Shown here piece after piece: positions 30,708-40,870 of a DNA stretch of 64,000 nt. Every line of letters starts with the position of its first letter. Positions within the stretch are counted from its first letter, which is position 1. Below the pieces are notes generated by a model. It searched no databases. It had not been told where the DNA came from and was given only the letters and a program-made list of their open reading frames with translations. The stretch covers positions 128,001 through 192,000 of the forward strand of contig CBDHDF010000010.1 of NCBI GenBank assembly GCA_965261545.1. The letters run 5' to 3'. The position numbers were made by a program, and so were the translations under genes. This DNA comes from Bdellovibrionales bacterium. GTDB lineage: Bacteria; Bdellovibrionota; Bdellovibrionia; Bdellovibrionales; UBA1609.

Positions 30708-31478
30708 ATGCCAATGTCACCTACAGAAATACAAGAGACTCTCAAAAGCCTTAAGCTTATAGGCATGTTTGAAACATTTGAGGCTCGAAGTTACCAACAC
30801 ACACAGAACCAACAAAACTTCCAAGAGACCTTCTCATTGCTCTTACAGGATGAAAAGGATTTCAAGAAAAGCAAAAAATGTGAGAGACTCCTCAAAGCAT
30901 CCAAACTCACGGAAGAGTCCACCCTCACTGGCTTTGACTGGAATTTTAACCCAAAAATACCGAAACCAATGATCTTGGAATTAATGAACTTGAAGTTCAT
31001 CAAGCAGGGGGAGGGAGCCTTGCTTATTGGCTCCCCTGGAACTGGAAAAAGCCACATTGCAAAAGCTATAGCCACCAAGGTCTGTTCCATATCAAATTAC
31101 AAGGTTTTGTATCAAGAAGCTCACAAGCTCTTTGAAAATCTCTTTGAGGCCAGGCAGCTGGGGCGCAGAAAGAGGTTCTACACCCAACTCATCCATGTGG
31201 ACCTATTGATCATTGATGATCTTTTTCTTAGAAAGCGCATCCCACCAGAGGCTTGTGATGACTTCCAGGAAATCATTCTGGATCGATACTCAGCGAGAAA
31301 AAGCACTCTTATTACCTCCAATCGTATTATTGAAGATTGGGGAAAGTGTTTGGGCGATAATACCGTGGCCTCTGCCATCCTGGATCGCCTTCTCCACTGT
31401 AGCCAACTATTAAAATTTGAGGGAAAAAGCTACCGATTGAAGGAAGCTTCAAACCGACTTGTCAAGATAAAAAATTAA
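30708..31478 (+). CDS. istB: IstB ATP-binding helper protein
   Basis: GSPGTGKS, LIIDD, ITSNR and ILDRL. Confidence 0.93.
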   Translation: MPMSPTEIQETLKSLKLIGMFETFEARSYQHTQNQQNFQETFSLLLQDEKDFKKSKKCERLLKASKLTEESTLTGFDWNFNPKIPKPMILELMNLKFIKQGEGALLIGSPGTGKSHIAKAIATKVCSISNYKVLYQEAHKLFENLFEARQLGRRKRFYTQLIHVDLLIIDDLFLRKRIPPEACDDFQEIILDRYSARKSTLITSNRIIEDWGKCLGDNTVASAILDRLLHCSQLLKFEGKSYRLKEASNRLVKIKN

Positions 31479-32180
31479 ATGTAGGGTGAGCCCATCTTGT
31501 CAGATCACCCTAAATGGATGGTTTTGTTAGCCCACAAATGGATGGTTTTGTCCGCCCCTCCGGGTCTGGCCCATCGGGGCTGGTAAGGGTGTTCATTTTA
31601 TTTTCTCAAGTCCCAATCCTAGATGCTCAGTAAGCCCGCAGGGCAGGCAATCACCAAATTTGATTATTGTCAGCTAACAGCACAGCACCTAACATCTCTA
31701 ACAAATGACCTAGACATGGACCAAACCTTCTTTTGAAGCTCCTCAATTATGGCCCGGCGCAGACCCCGATGGGCAGAAGGGCCATAAAAGTGGAGTAAGA
31801 AAAGAAACAACGCAAAGCGCAAAAACTTATCTTGCCTGACAAGTCCAACTTCTTCCGTTGCCCCAGCCCCGGGGGGCCAGTTCATGGAAAATTCCAAAAA
31901 TTTAGGTCAACAACAGGTCAACAAAAAGTCAACTGACTTTGAAATAACCCGAAAGATTCAGAAATATAGACTTAAAATCATAGTCTCAAGTTGTGTGTTT
32001 TCAACTACTTAGAATGAATGAGCTTTTGCTCTCCGAAGAAGTTCGGAGAGATATTGCAATGAGTCATTTGGCGGGGGTTCTCAGAAATGAGGAATTCCCA
32101 TAATTTAGTTTACTTAAACAGGAAGAAAGAGAATTTTCATGAAATACCGAGAAATATTAATTGCTTATGGGGAAAAAGGC

Positions 32181-33344
32181 TTAGGGCTTTCCCTTAAAGT
32201 TACTCATACTCAAAACTCTGCCACTTGTAATGCTATCCATCTGGGGCATGACATCAAGAACATCTGTTGCACCTTTGACTTCAACCCCTGCAAGCCTGAC
32301 ATAAATCTGAAAGGTCTTGATATCTCTCCAGCCACCGATTTTCATAACGGTGGCCTGATTGACTCCAGAGGCCAGCATGTGAGTGGCAAAGCAAGCTCTT
32401 AGTGAATGAAAGACGACATTGCTTTCAATGCCCAAGTCTTTCAAATACTGCCGCAGTATCTTACCAGCTTGACCATTCCTCCAAGCATAATGCCTTTCAA
32501 GAACAAGGTCTTCTGGAGTGGCGTTGTCCTTCCTAAGTTCCAAGATGACCGCTTTTAGGTCATTTGAAATAGGAACAGATCGCCAGTACCCAGCCTTCGT
32601 GCTTTTGATCGTGCGGCGAGCATCATTATAGGATTTTGATACGGTTATGATTCCTTTTTCGAGGTCAATGTCCTTCCACTGAAGGGCCATTAATTCTCCG
32701 CTTCTCATACCCGTACAAATAGCAAAAGCCCATGTGGGATACCAAGGGTTGTTGCTTGTTTTAGCCTGCTTAAGAAGCACCCTAAGCTCATCTTTTGTGA
32801 GAATCTTAGGGACCCTTTCTTCCTTAGTTCCTACAGTCAAACCTTCAGTGGGGCTTGAGTGAACACCTAAAGCGTATTTCTCCTCAATCGCCCATCTAAA
32901 CACAACATTGACGGAAGATTTGATACTCCTTAAAAGACCAGTTCCAGCTCCCTGAGCCTTAGCTGAGTCTAAAGCCTGCCTTCCATCACCCTTGGTTAAA
33001 TCAGAAACCCTACATTTCCACCAGATTTGTGTGTAATTTCTTAATCTGTTGACATGGGCTTGCACGATGGAGCGATCTAAGTATTTATCCCCAAGGTGTC
33101 CCGTCCGGGTTTTAATTTCCCATCGGTCCACAATCTCACCCCAAGTGAGACCACGGCCTTCAAGTTTTGCCACTTCCTCAACAACGCTCTTAAAGAGCTT
33201 TTTTTCAAGCTTTAAGGCTTCTTTCAAAGTTGGAATGTTTTTCCTACTTCTCTGTAGCCTTAAAGTTGGACTTGCCTTCCCTCGTGCTTCAACATGAACA
33301 CGAAAGAACTTTACTTCATTTTTCTTATAACTACTTATGGCCAT
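32181..33344 (-). CDS. Tyrosine integrase, copy 1
   Basis: TGMRSGEL, K, HSLRACFAT, GWRD and Y catalytic residues. Start at MAISS after AAGGAGG. Confidence 0.93.
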   Translation of the reverse strand: MAISSYKKNEVKFFRVHVEARGKASPTLRLQRSRKNIPTLKEALKLEKKLFKSVVEEVAKLEGRGLTWGEIVDRWEIKTRTGHLGDKYLDRSIVQAHVNRLRNYTQIWWKCRVSDLTKGDGRQALDSAKAQGAGTGLLRSIKSSVNVVFRWAIEEKYALGVHSSPTEGLTVGTKEERVPKILTKDELRVLLKQAKTSNNPWYPTWAFAICTGMRSGELMALQWKDIDLEKGIITVSKSYNDARRTIKSTKAGYWRSVPISNDLKAVILELRKDNATPEDLVLERHYAWRNGQAGKILRQYLKDLGIESNVVFHSLRACFATHMLASGVNQATVMKIGGWRDIKTFQIYVRLAGVEVKGATDVLDVMPQMDSITSGRVLSMSNFKGKP

Positions 33345-33534
33345 TATAAACCTCCTTAAATGCTGAGGTTTCAATAAGGACGCAAAGCTTATCTTTTCTG
33401 AAGTAAAATTTCCCTCGAAACTGCCTTGCTCTTAGAAGTCCTCTATGAGCGAGAATCCTAATCGCATTGGCACTTTTCCGAAGGTATTAAGCAGCTTCTT
33501 CTGTTGTTAACCAAACTAAATTGTCAAAGAGCAT
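33331..33534 (-). pseudogene. Excisionase-like HTH gene with an in-frame TAA, copy 1
   Basis: MLFDNLVWLTTEEAA*YLRKSANAIRILAHRGLLRARQFRGKFYFRK...; stop codon at 33487-33489. Confidence 0.75.
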
Positions 33535-33674
33535 ATCAGAGTCGCACATTTTGTGATGAACACTCTGACCACTGCCATCTTCTATCTGACAGTTGTATGT
33601 AAACATATCAAAACCTTCTGTGGTTAGACAAGTAAAATTTAAAGAAATTGATTCTAAGAAAATTTAGAAGAGTA

Positions 33675-34067
33675 TCACACTTTAATCTTCCAGTCTTTTC
33701 TTTCTGGAAAAATCATTTGCATACTTTTCACTTGCCAATCAGGCCAGCTAGAGACTTCAGAGACAGCCTCTTGATGACGCTCCTCAAAAGTGCGATTGGA
33801 GCAACTGTTCTCTACCTGAGGACTAGGCTGCCCCTTAATCTTCCAGTCTATTCTTTCTGGAAAAATCATTTGCATACTTTTTACTTGCCAATCAGGCCAG
33901 CTAGAGACTTCAAGGACAGCCTCTTGATGACGCTCCTCAAAAGTACGCTTTAAATCCGATTTTCTCCTTTCTTCTGATGAGAACGAAATATCATTTTCTT
34001 TCTCTTTGCTCTTTGGATTTGATAAATTTTTATCGTTATAAAATCTTTCTTTTTCTACTTCAGTCAT
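33675..34067 (-). CDS. Hypothetical protein with a duplicated ~38-aa motif
   Basis: RTFEERHQEAV.EVSSWPDWQVKSMQMIFPER.DWKIK occurs twice. Immediately downstream of the deaminase; second copy at 60398. Confidence 0.6.
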   Translation of the reverse strand: MTEVEKERFYNDKNLSNPKSKEKENDISFSSEERRKSDLKRTFEERHQEAVLEVSSWPDWQVKSMQMIFPERIDWKIKGQPSPQVENSCSNRTFEERHQEAVSEVSSWPDWQVKSMQMIFPERKDWKIKV

Positions 34068-34076
34068 AAAAAACAC

Positions 34077-35630
34077 CTAAGCATCGAAGCCTTTCTTAAT
34101 TTCTGCATTTATAAATATTTCTTTCTCAAAATATTGTTGAGTATTCACCCTGACCCTCACTTCTTGATTCTTCCGCATAAAAGAAACAACTTTCCCATCT
34201 GCACCCTTTCTTTTGATGTCCTCCCCCCTACCCAGCTTCATCGAGAATAAATCAAGATACCTTTTTGCAGCAACACCAATAAAATGTTTAAAAGCCACCT
34301 TGCCTTCATTACCCTCAGTAGAACCACCAGAAACAAATATAGCATCCCCATGTAATTCTTCAGAAAAACTTTTCGGATATGGTTCAACAAATAAAACTTC
34401 TTTGATTCCAGACTCTACAATATGTTTTGCACAATTATGACAAGGAAAGGTTGTGCAATATAAAGTTTTTCCCACAGGACTCACACCATTTCTCGCACAA
34501 CTTAAGATAGCTGCCATCTCTGCATGTGTAGCTCTCGCAAACTCAGTGATGTCGAACAAGCCACTTTTACGGAAAATATCTTTCATTTTTTCACTTGATA
34601 TTTCTTTCACCTCATCTTTTATTGCTTTCTCGATAATTTGACCTATCTTCTCACGCTTTTCCTGATTAGGGTCTTTTTCACGTCTATAATCCCTCCAGTC
34701 ATGAACACCCCCTTTCTTTATTACAGAAGGCCAATAGGGGCCACCACCAAACCTTGGAACATCATTGGATCCAAGACCCAAGATGTTTCCCCTTTCACTT
34801 GCAACAACAGCCCCTACTTGTCGAGACAAATCTGCTGTTCTTGTCGAATAGGCGTAGGCAATATACATCATATGCTCATCAATTGTAGGGGTAATATATG
34901 GATGACCAAACATTAAATCAAATATTCTCTCAAGTTGTATTTTTGTGGAAAATTCATCTTCATAGCTATGAGAAACAAATATATCTGACAGCTCAAACGC
35001 ACCTCTCGTTTGCTGACCTTTAGGGTCTTCTTCAGAAATATCTCTTTCAGTCAATATATATGCGTCCTCCTTTTTTATTCCTTCTTTATTGATTAAAAAA
35101 GAAATTCTCTGACTTTTAGAGGAAAATACGCCTATTTGATAGTAGGCATCTCCATATGTTCTACTCAATAACTTAGATTCATCTGGGTGTTTTATGGAAT
35201 CAAATATATAAGCCACACCGGTGGATAGATGCTCTTTGCTTTCGCTTTTATTTCTATCACCTAGATGTTCTTTTATCTCTTCTCTTTTTTCCTGAATCTG
35301 AATCACTGCATATTCAGACAAAAGGGAGCCTCGTTTCCTCCTAGCTTGTGTTCCTAATGTCATCTGACTGCTAATTTCATCGAATCGATTCGACGATTTA
35401 TCAACCTTTAATTTATTAGATTCTTCAGGGCTAAGATTGAGGATCTGTATAAAATTCTCATCCTCTAAGAAGTCACTAAACTTAAGAGTTTCAACTTTAT
35501 AGTTAAACTGGGACAATATATTTTTAATCTGGCCTTGAACAGATTTTAAATTTGAGCCAGTAGCCCCTACCAAGCCAATAAATAGCTCTGTTCTTTTTCC
35601 GTCTCCAGACTGTTCCCACTTAGTACTCAT
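34077..35630 (-). CDS. Antiphage dCTP deaminase (P-loop kinase-like + deaminase, AvcD-like)
   Basis: ELFIGLVGATG, DSIKHPDE, DLSRQVGA, NDVPRFGGG, HAE, TTFPCHNC and EPYPKS. Confidence 0.9.
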   Translation of the reverse strand: MSTKWEQSGDGKRTELFIGLVGATGSNLKSVQGQIKNILSQFNYKVETLKFSDFLEDENFIQILNLSPEESNKLKVDKSSNRFDEISSQMTLGTQARRKRGSLLSEYAVIQIQEKREEIKEHLGDRNKSESKEHLSTGVAYIFDSIKHPDESKLLSRTYGDAYYQIGVFSSKSQRISFLINKEGIKKEDAYILTERDISEEDPKGQQTRGAFELSDIFVSHSYEDEFSTKIQLERIFDLMFGHPYITPTIDEHMMYIAYAYSTRTADLSRQVGAVVASERGNILGLGSNDVPRFGGGPYWPSVIKKGGVHDWRDYRREKDPNQEKREKIGQIIEKAIKDEVKEISSEKMKDIFRKSGLFDITEFARATHAEMAAILSCARNGVSPVGKTLYCTTFPCHNCAKHIVESGIKEVLFVEPYPKSFSEELHGDAIFVSGGSTEGNEGKVAFKHFIGVAAKRYLDLFSMKLGRGEDIKRKGADGKVVSFMRKNQEVRVRVNTQQYFEKEIFINAEIKKGFDA

Positions 35631-35843
35631 TCTTCCTCTCAATGACTTGTAGTCGTAAAAAGATAATATAGAGAGATTCTTGAGATGCAAGCTCTATTTT
35701 ATCATCAGAGGGGCACCAATTTGTGACCTTTGCAGGCCCCAGTTAGTTATAAGCTAAATTTTACTTCAATATAGCAGCAATTTGCTATTCTTTTTTAAGG
35801 GTCTCTGAGGGGGCACTTCTCTGTTTTATCGCTAGGAGTCGAT

Positions 35844-36288
35844 TCATACAACGATAGACTCCCAATGTTTTTCGAGAATTTTGCTCATCTTGAGATTGTC
35901 AGCCATCCGACCTAGTTGAGCTAGCGTCGTTAAGTTTTCTTCCAGAGCCAACCTTGTTGCTTGGATAGCTATTCTTGGCCCAATTTTAGAAGAAAATTTT
36001 AAAGATTCAATCAATGTGCGTTCAATATTTGTGATTCTAAAATATTTCTTTTCATGAGTACCATAACTAAGTGTTGTGGTTGTCCTCAGACATTTGAACT
36101 GTCCCATAGAAGTTTGATCTTTCCTGGACGGTGGGATAATAACCCATATCTGTTGGGGAGTTTGGCCGATGAGTCCATAGTAAAACAGAGCGGAAAGACC
36201 TCCGATAACTGCTTGGGCTCCAAAGTGTGTACAAGTTATGGCAAAGTCCAATTCTTCCGGTTTTATGGAAGATTTTGGGTGCATATAA
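35844..36288 (-). pseudogene. AbiEi-type (type IV TA) antitoxin, 5'-truncated by IS1634
   Basis: GGLSALFYYGL...PQQIWV and ITNIERTLIE; the frame runs into the IS end. Confidence 0.75.
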
Positions 36289-38038
36289 CCTGAATTCTAC
36301 AAAAATGGTAACAAGGATTCTGGCCTAAGGTCCTGACATTGTGAAGCGACGGCTGGGATTAATATTTGTACTTACATTGAACGCCTTCAAAATATCTTTT
36401 TGCTTTTTTGACACTTCACCAAGTATGGGAGTGCCTGTGGCTAGCTCATACAACTTGAGACGGTCTAATATCTTATAAAGTTCGGCTTTTGTCATTTTTT
36501 TGTATAGCTCATTTTTCTTCATCACATGATCAACCCATGTAATCAAAATTAAAGAGATAAAATTAATGAAAATACTTCCTCTCATTGCGATCAACGAATG
36601 TGTCCTATTTCTTTTCTCATCTATGTCATGCTTAAAAGCACGAAAAACCTTTTCTACACAATCTTTTCTTCTATATAATCTTAAAATTTCATCCCGATCC
36701 ATTTGAATGTTATTAGTGATGAGAATCAAGCAGCCCATCTTTATCATCTCATCTCGAAAAACATTGAGGTTTCTCTCAATTACAAATTTATTCTCGGATT
36801 CTTCAATGAAAAAAAAATTTTTCTTAGTTTTTAATGTCTCTTTCAAATAAAGAGATGCATCATCCTTACTTGAAAAATTTTTTTCTAAAAAAAGATTTTC
36901 TAAATCTGATATCTTTCTTATAAAAATAGACTCCTGATCAGACCGCCTCTTACCTTCTAAAAAAACATGAGCCATACAACTTTCACTTCCAATTTCTATT
37001 TCTTTCTTAGAGTAGGAGTATACTTGCTCATAGAAAGCAAATAATGATCCAGGAGATAATAACTTGTCATGCAAGTCAAATAAAATTTCTTTAGATTTCT
37101 GAGTGCTGAAGCTCATAGGAACTATATAGCTCAAGCCTTGTTTGTTCATATTCTTTATGTTTTCTTGACTATAAAACCCTTTGTCCATCACTAAAATATC
37201 AAGATTTAACTTATATCTACCCACAAGATCTGTTACATTCCTCAGTGTCGTTACATCCGTAATACTGCCAGGGTATACCCTGTAAGCTAAAGGTAAGCCT
37301 ATTGAATTAGTGCTGGAAGCTCGTGCAATCAAACCCAAATTTACTTGTTCTAAATTTTCGCCATCTCTATTGTAACCTCGTTCCAAAAATTCATTTTTGG
37401 ACCCATAAGAAGAAATAGATGTAATATCAAATAGGATAGAGCCAGTAGATTTAAGCTCTTTTATCCAATTTGTAAAAAAAATATCTATTTTTTTCTCGTC
37501 TTGACCAATAGAGTGTAAAAGTCTACTAGTTTTGGTCGATCCCATAGAAATTTCTTTGGAAACGTAAGACTCTTCACACCAAGACTTATAAAAATAATAA
37601 GGCTCTTTCTTTATAATCTTAAAACATGACAAATGAAGAATCTTTTCATATTCCTCAGGAAAAACTTGTTTGACAACTTTAAGTAGTTTGGATTGTTTAC
37701 AAATTTCTTTCAGAAAATATAAAGATCCAACAGTATAGGAGCCTATAGGGACTTTTTTCTTTTTAGTTTTAATCTCACCGCTGACCTCATCTTTACGCCC
37801 TAAATAGGTTCTTTTTTGGCGAGATTGTTTTTTCTTTGAGTCCCAATAGCCGTGTATCTCATAAACGTAAATTTTACCGTTTCTCTTTTGCTCATGTAAA
37901 TAAGACATTGTTACCAATGGTAACAAGGATTTTGAATTCTTTCAATTCAAAAGAGGTCTGAAACCGCGTTATATTTGTTCTGAAGTCAGATTCTAGACTT
38001 TAGACCTAAACCTTGTTACCATTTTTGTAGAATTCAGG
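36289..38038 (-). mobile_element. IS1634-family element
   Basis: 28-bp perfect IRs cctgaattctacaaaaatggtaacaagg; no direct TSD. Confidence 0.88.
36325..37908 (-). CDS. IS1634-family transposase
   Basis: FDITSISSY, GYNRD, QVNLG, MDKGFYS and YRRKDCVEKVF. Confidence 0.88.
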   Translation of the reverse strand: MSYLHEQKRNGKIYVYEIHGYWDSKKKQSRQKRTYLGRKDEVSGEIKTKKKKVPIGSYTVGSLYFLKEICKQSKLLKVVKQVFPEEYEKILHLSCFKIIKKEPYYFYKSWCEESYVSKEISMGSTKTSRLLHSIGQDEKKIDIFFTNWIKELKSTGSILFDITSISSYGSKNEFLERGYNRDGENLEQVNLGLIARASSTNSIGLPLAYRVYPGSITDVTTLRNVTDLVGRYKLNLDILVMDKGFYSQENIKNMNKQGLSYIVPMSFSTQKSKEILFDLHDKLLSPGSLFAFYEQVYSYSKKEIEIGSESCMAHVFLEGKRRSDQESIFIRKISDLENLFLEKNFSSKDDASLYLKETLKTKKNFFFIEESENKFVIERNLNVFRDEMIKMGCLILITNNIQMDRDEILRLYRRKDCVEKVFRAFKHDIDEKRNRTHSLIAMRGSIFINFISLILITWVDHVMKKNELYKKMTKAELYKILDRLKLYELATGTPILGEVSKKQKDILKAFNVSTNINPSRRFTMSGP

Positions 38039-38040
38039 TT

Positions 38041-38640
38041 ATACAGGATCAGGCCACAGCCAACATCTATGCTCAAGTGGGTCTTCAAGAGGATGATAGG
38101 GTTTTTTCAACATATACTAAAAAGCTTAAAAATCGACTGCCATGGATGTTACTCAATCTTTTTCTTGCTGTGATGGCGAGTCTTGTGGTCAGTGTCTTTG
38201 AGAGGACTATGAATGAGGTGATTATTTTAGCCACACTTAAGAATATTGTGGCGGGAATGAGCGGAAATACAGCTATTCAAACATTGACAGTGATGACTCG
38301 GGGGATGGCTTTGGGTGACTTTGGCTTTACTTCCTATTCAAAGGCCATTCTAAGAGAAGTGGCTGTGGGGCTCTCCATTGGCTTTATTATGGGGCTCACC
38401 GGCGGTCTATTGACATACTTTTGGAAGGGGCAATTGAAGGTGTCTATTATTCTTTGTATCTCCATGGTGCTAAGTTCTGTCATTGCTTCGGCGGCGGGCG
38501 CACTCACCCCTCTTTTTCTGAGAAAAATGGGAAAGGATCCCGCTCTGGGAAGTGGAGTTCTTATCACTATGGTGACAGATATCTGTAGTTATCTTTCTTT
38601 TCTAGGCATTGCGACAGTCGCTCTGTATCGCTGGGTTTAA
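38041..38640 (+). pseudogene. mgtE: Magnesium transporter MgtE, C-terminal TM domain only
   Basis: RLPW, GMSGNTAIQ, RE, DPAL.SG..ITMVTD. The N-terminal and CBS domains are missing at the IS junction. Confidence 0.88.
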
Positions 38641-38919
38641 TACTGCTGGGGATGATATCACTGGATCTGGTTATCCACAGTGTCTTTTTGTTTAATTTCG
38701 TGTTGTTTTGTCAAAAAGTAGACAGCCGAGAATCTGTGCGAAGTTTCTTATCCTAAATTACTGAATGATTTCAATAGAGCGAATACAGTGAAGGTGGTAT
38801 CTCTTTTGCTTCTTATTATTCCTATAAATATGTCAGCATATTCAGCCTATGTTTAGAAGAGTGTTGGATAGAGAGCGGGAGAAGTATTTATTGAAACCAT
38901 TGAACCATTGAAGCCATGG

Positions 38920-40057
38920 GGTTTTCAAAACAAAGCTCCATCCACAAAGGAGAAGAAAATGAATAGAGTGAAGGGAATTATAGCATTATCAACCTTAGGA
39001 AGTTTAATTGCATTGGTCATTGCTTGCAATGGACTAACACCTCTCATCCATACTAATAGAATAACACTAACACCTCTCATCCATACTAATAGAATAACAC
39101 TATCGTCATTGAAAGAACAAGATTTACAAAAAAAAATCCATAGGTGTTTCTGATTGATACACAATTTTTTTATGAATCTATGATTTATGAGTTGATTTAT
39201 GATTGCCTCGTGATTGCATTTGGTAAAAACGAGCAGCGTACTCTCCACTAAGGGCCATAAGCTCTTCGTGTTGCCCTTGTGTTCTCAAAGATGGCGCACA
39301 TCTTTGAGAACAAGAATAGGAGCGTCCTTATAAGTGGATTTGCCACTGCCGCTGGATCCAATAATGGCCAACATTTCCCCACGGCGAATGGAGAAATTGA
39401 GACCGCTGAGAACTTCCCTTCCAAATATTTTTCATAGCTCTTACAAACAGCGGTTTGTTCCATCACACAAGCCGACCTTGAAGACCAAGGAAAGCCAGTT
39501 TTGCAGTTGACCTCCCAAGGGTTTAATTGACGCCCTGGGACCCCGTGGACCTTGTGGGAGTGGTCGTTTGCTCATCTTGATCTTGGATGGGAACTGGTGT
39601 TGCCTTTGTGTCATCGTGAAGGTTGGCGCTGGATAGCCAAGGATGAGGTCGAGTGTTTGGCTTATTGCATACCTCTCTACCTGTTCATCTTGATCCCGTA
39701 GTTCTTTGGCGGCAATGGAGTTGATACGCCCACGCCACATGGAATCGAAAAGATAAGGTTCTAAGTAGCCCATAGTGGCTTGCAACTCATTGGAGGCTAT
39801 CTTTAACAACGCTCCCAAATACCAACGACACCGCCCTGAAAAGACTCTCCTTTACAAATTGGTGCAAGAAAATCTACTCACTTTCTACCGGCACATAGAA
39901 AATGAGCATGAAAATGGCCTTCCCCAGTTCGTTAAAAAAGAATTCGATGAGTTTCTCAAGTGTGGAATTCTTGCCCATGGTTTCTTGAGAACCCAGTGTG
40001 AATCTTGCCACCATGAAAGGCTTGTGGCCTTTAGCTGCAAGCGTCGAGGCTTCTGTC
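38920..40057 (+). repeat. Partial tandem duplication of the 5' part of the IS91-like element, including a truncated transposase (39775-40057)
   Basis: Near-identical to 40058-40870 plus 45178-45467; carries an extra 33-bp duplication and a 1-bp indel. Confidence 0.88.
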
Positions 40058-40870
40058 GTTTTCAAAACAAAGCTCCATCCACAAAGGAGAAGAAAATGAA
40101 TAGAGTGAAGGGAATTATAGCATTATCAACCTTAGGAAGTTTAATTGCATTGGTCATTGCTTGCAATGGACTAACACCTCTCATCCATACTAATAGAATA
40201 ACACTATCGTCATTGAAAGAACAAGATTTACAAAAAAAAATCCATAGGTGTTTCTGATTGATACACAATTTTTTTATGAATCTATGATTTATGAGTTGAT
40301 TTATGATTGCCTCGTGATTGCATTTGGTAAAAACGAGCAGCGTACTCTCCACTAGGGCCATAAGCTCTTCGTGTTGCCCTTGTGTTCTCAAAGATGGCGC
40401 ACATCTTTGAGAACAAGAATAGGAGCGTCCTTATAAGTGGATTTGCCACTGCCGCTGGATCCAATAATGGCCAACATTTCCCCACGGCGAATGGAGAAAT
40501 TGAGACCGCTGAGAACTTCCCTTCCAAATATTTTTCATAGCTCTTACAAACAGCGGTTTGTTCCATCACACAAGCCGACCTTGAAGACCAAGGAAAGCCA
40601 GTTTTGCAGTTGACCTCCCAAGGGTTTAATTGACGCCCTGGGACCCCGTGGACCTTGTGGGAGTGGTCGTTTGCTCATCTTGATCTTGGATGGGAACTGG
40701 TGTTGCCTTTGTGTCATCGTGAAGGTTGGCGCTGGATAGCCAAGGATGAGGTCGAGTGTTTGGCTTATTGCATACCTCTCTACCTGTTCATCTTGATCCC
40801 GTAGTTCTTTGGCGGCAATGGAGTTGATACGCCCACGCCACATGGAATCGAAAAGATAAGGTTCTAAGTA

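Larger units (their letters stand above)
28448..31579 (+). mobile_element. IS21-family element #2 with atypical termini
   Basis: istAB; mirrored aaaaccatccattt repeats at both ends. The empty site at ~52961-52980 implies a CTGG duplication (28444-28447, 31580-31583). Confidence 0.88.

Noticed and set aside
31900..32180. tRNA/tmRNA attachment site downstream of the integrase
   Set aside because: No cloverleaf or tRNA 3'-end motif is recognisable.
39248..39818. Minus-strand ORFs in the IS91 leader
   Set aside because: No recognisable motifs or RBS, and their ends differ between the two copies.
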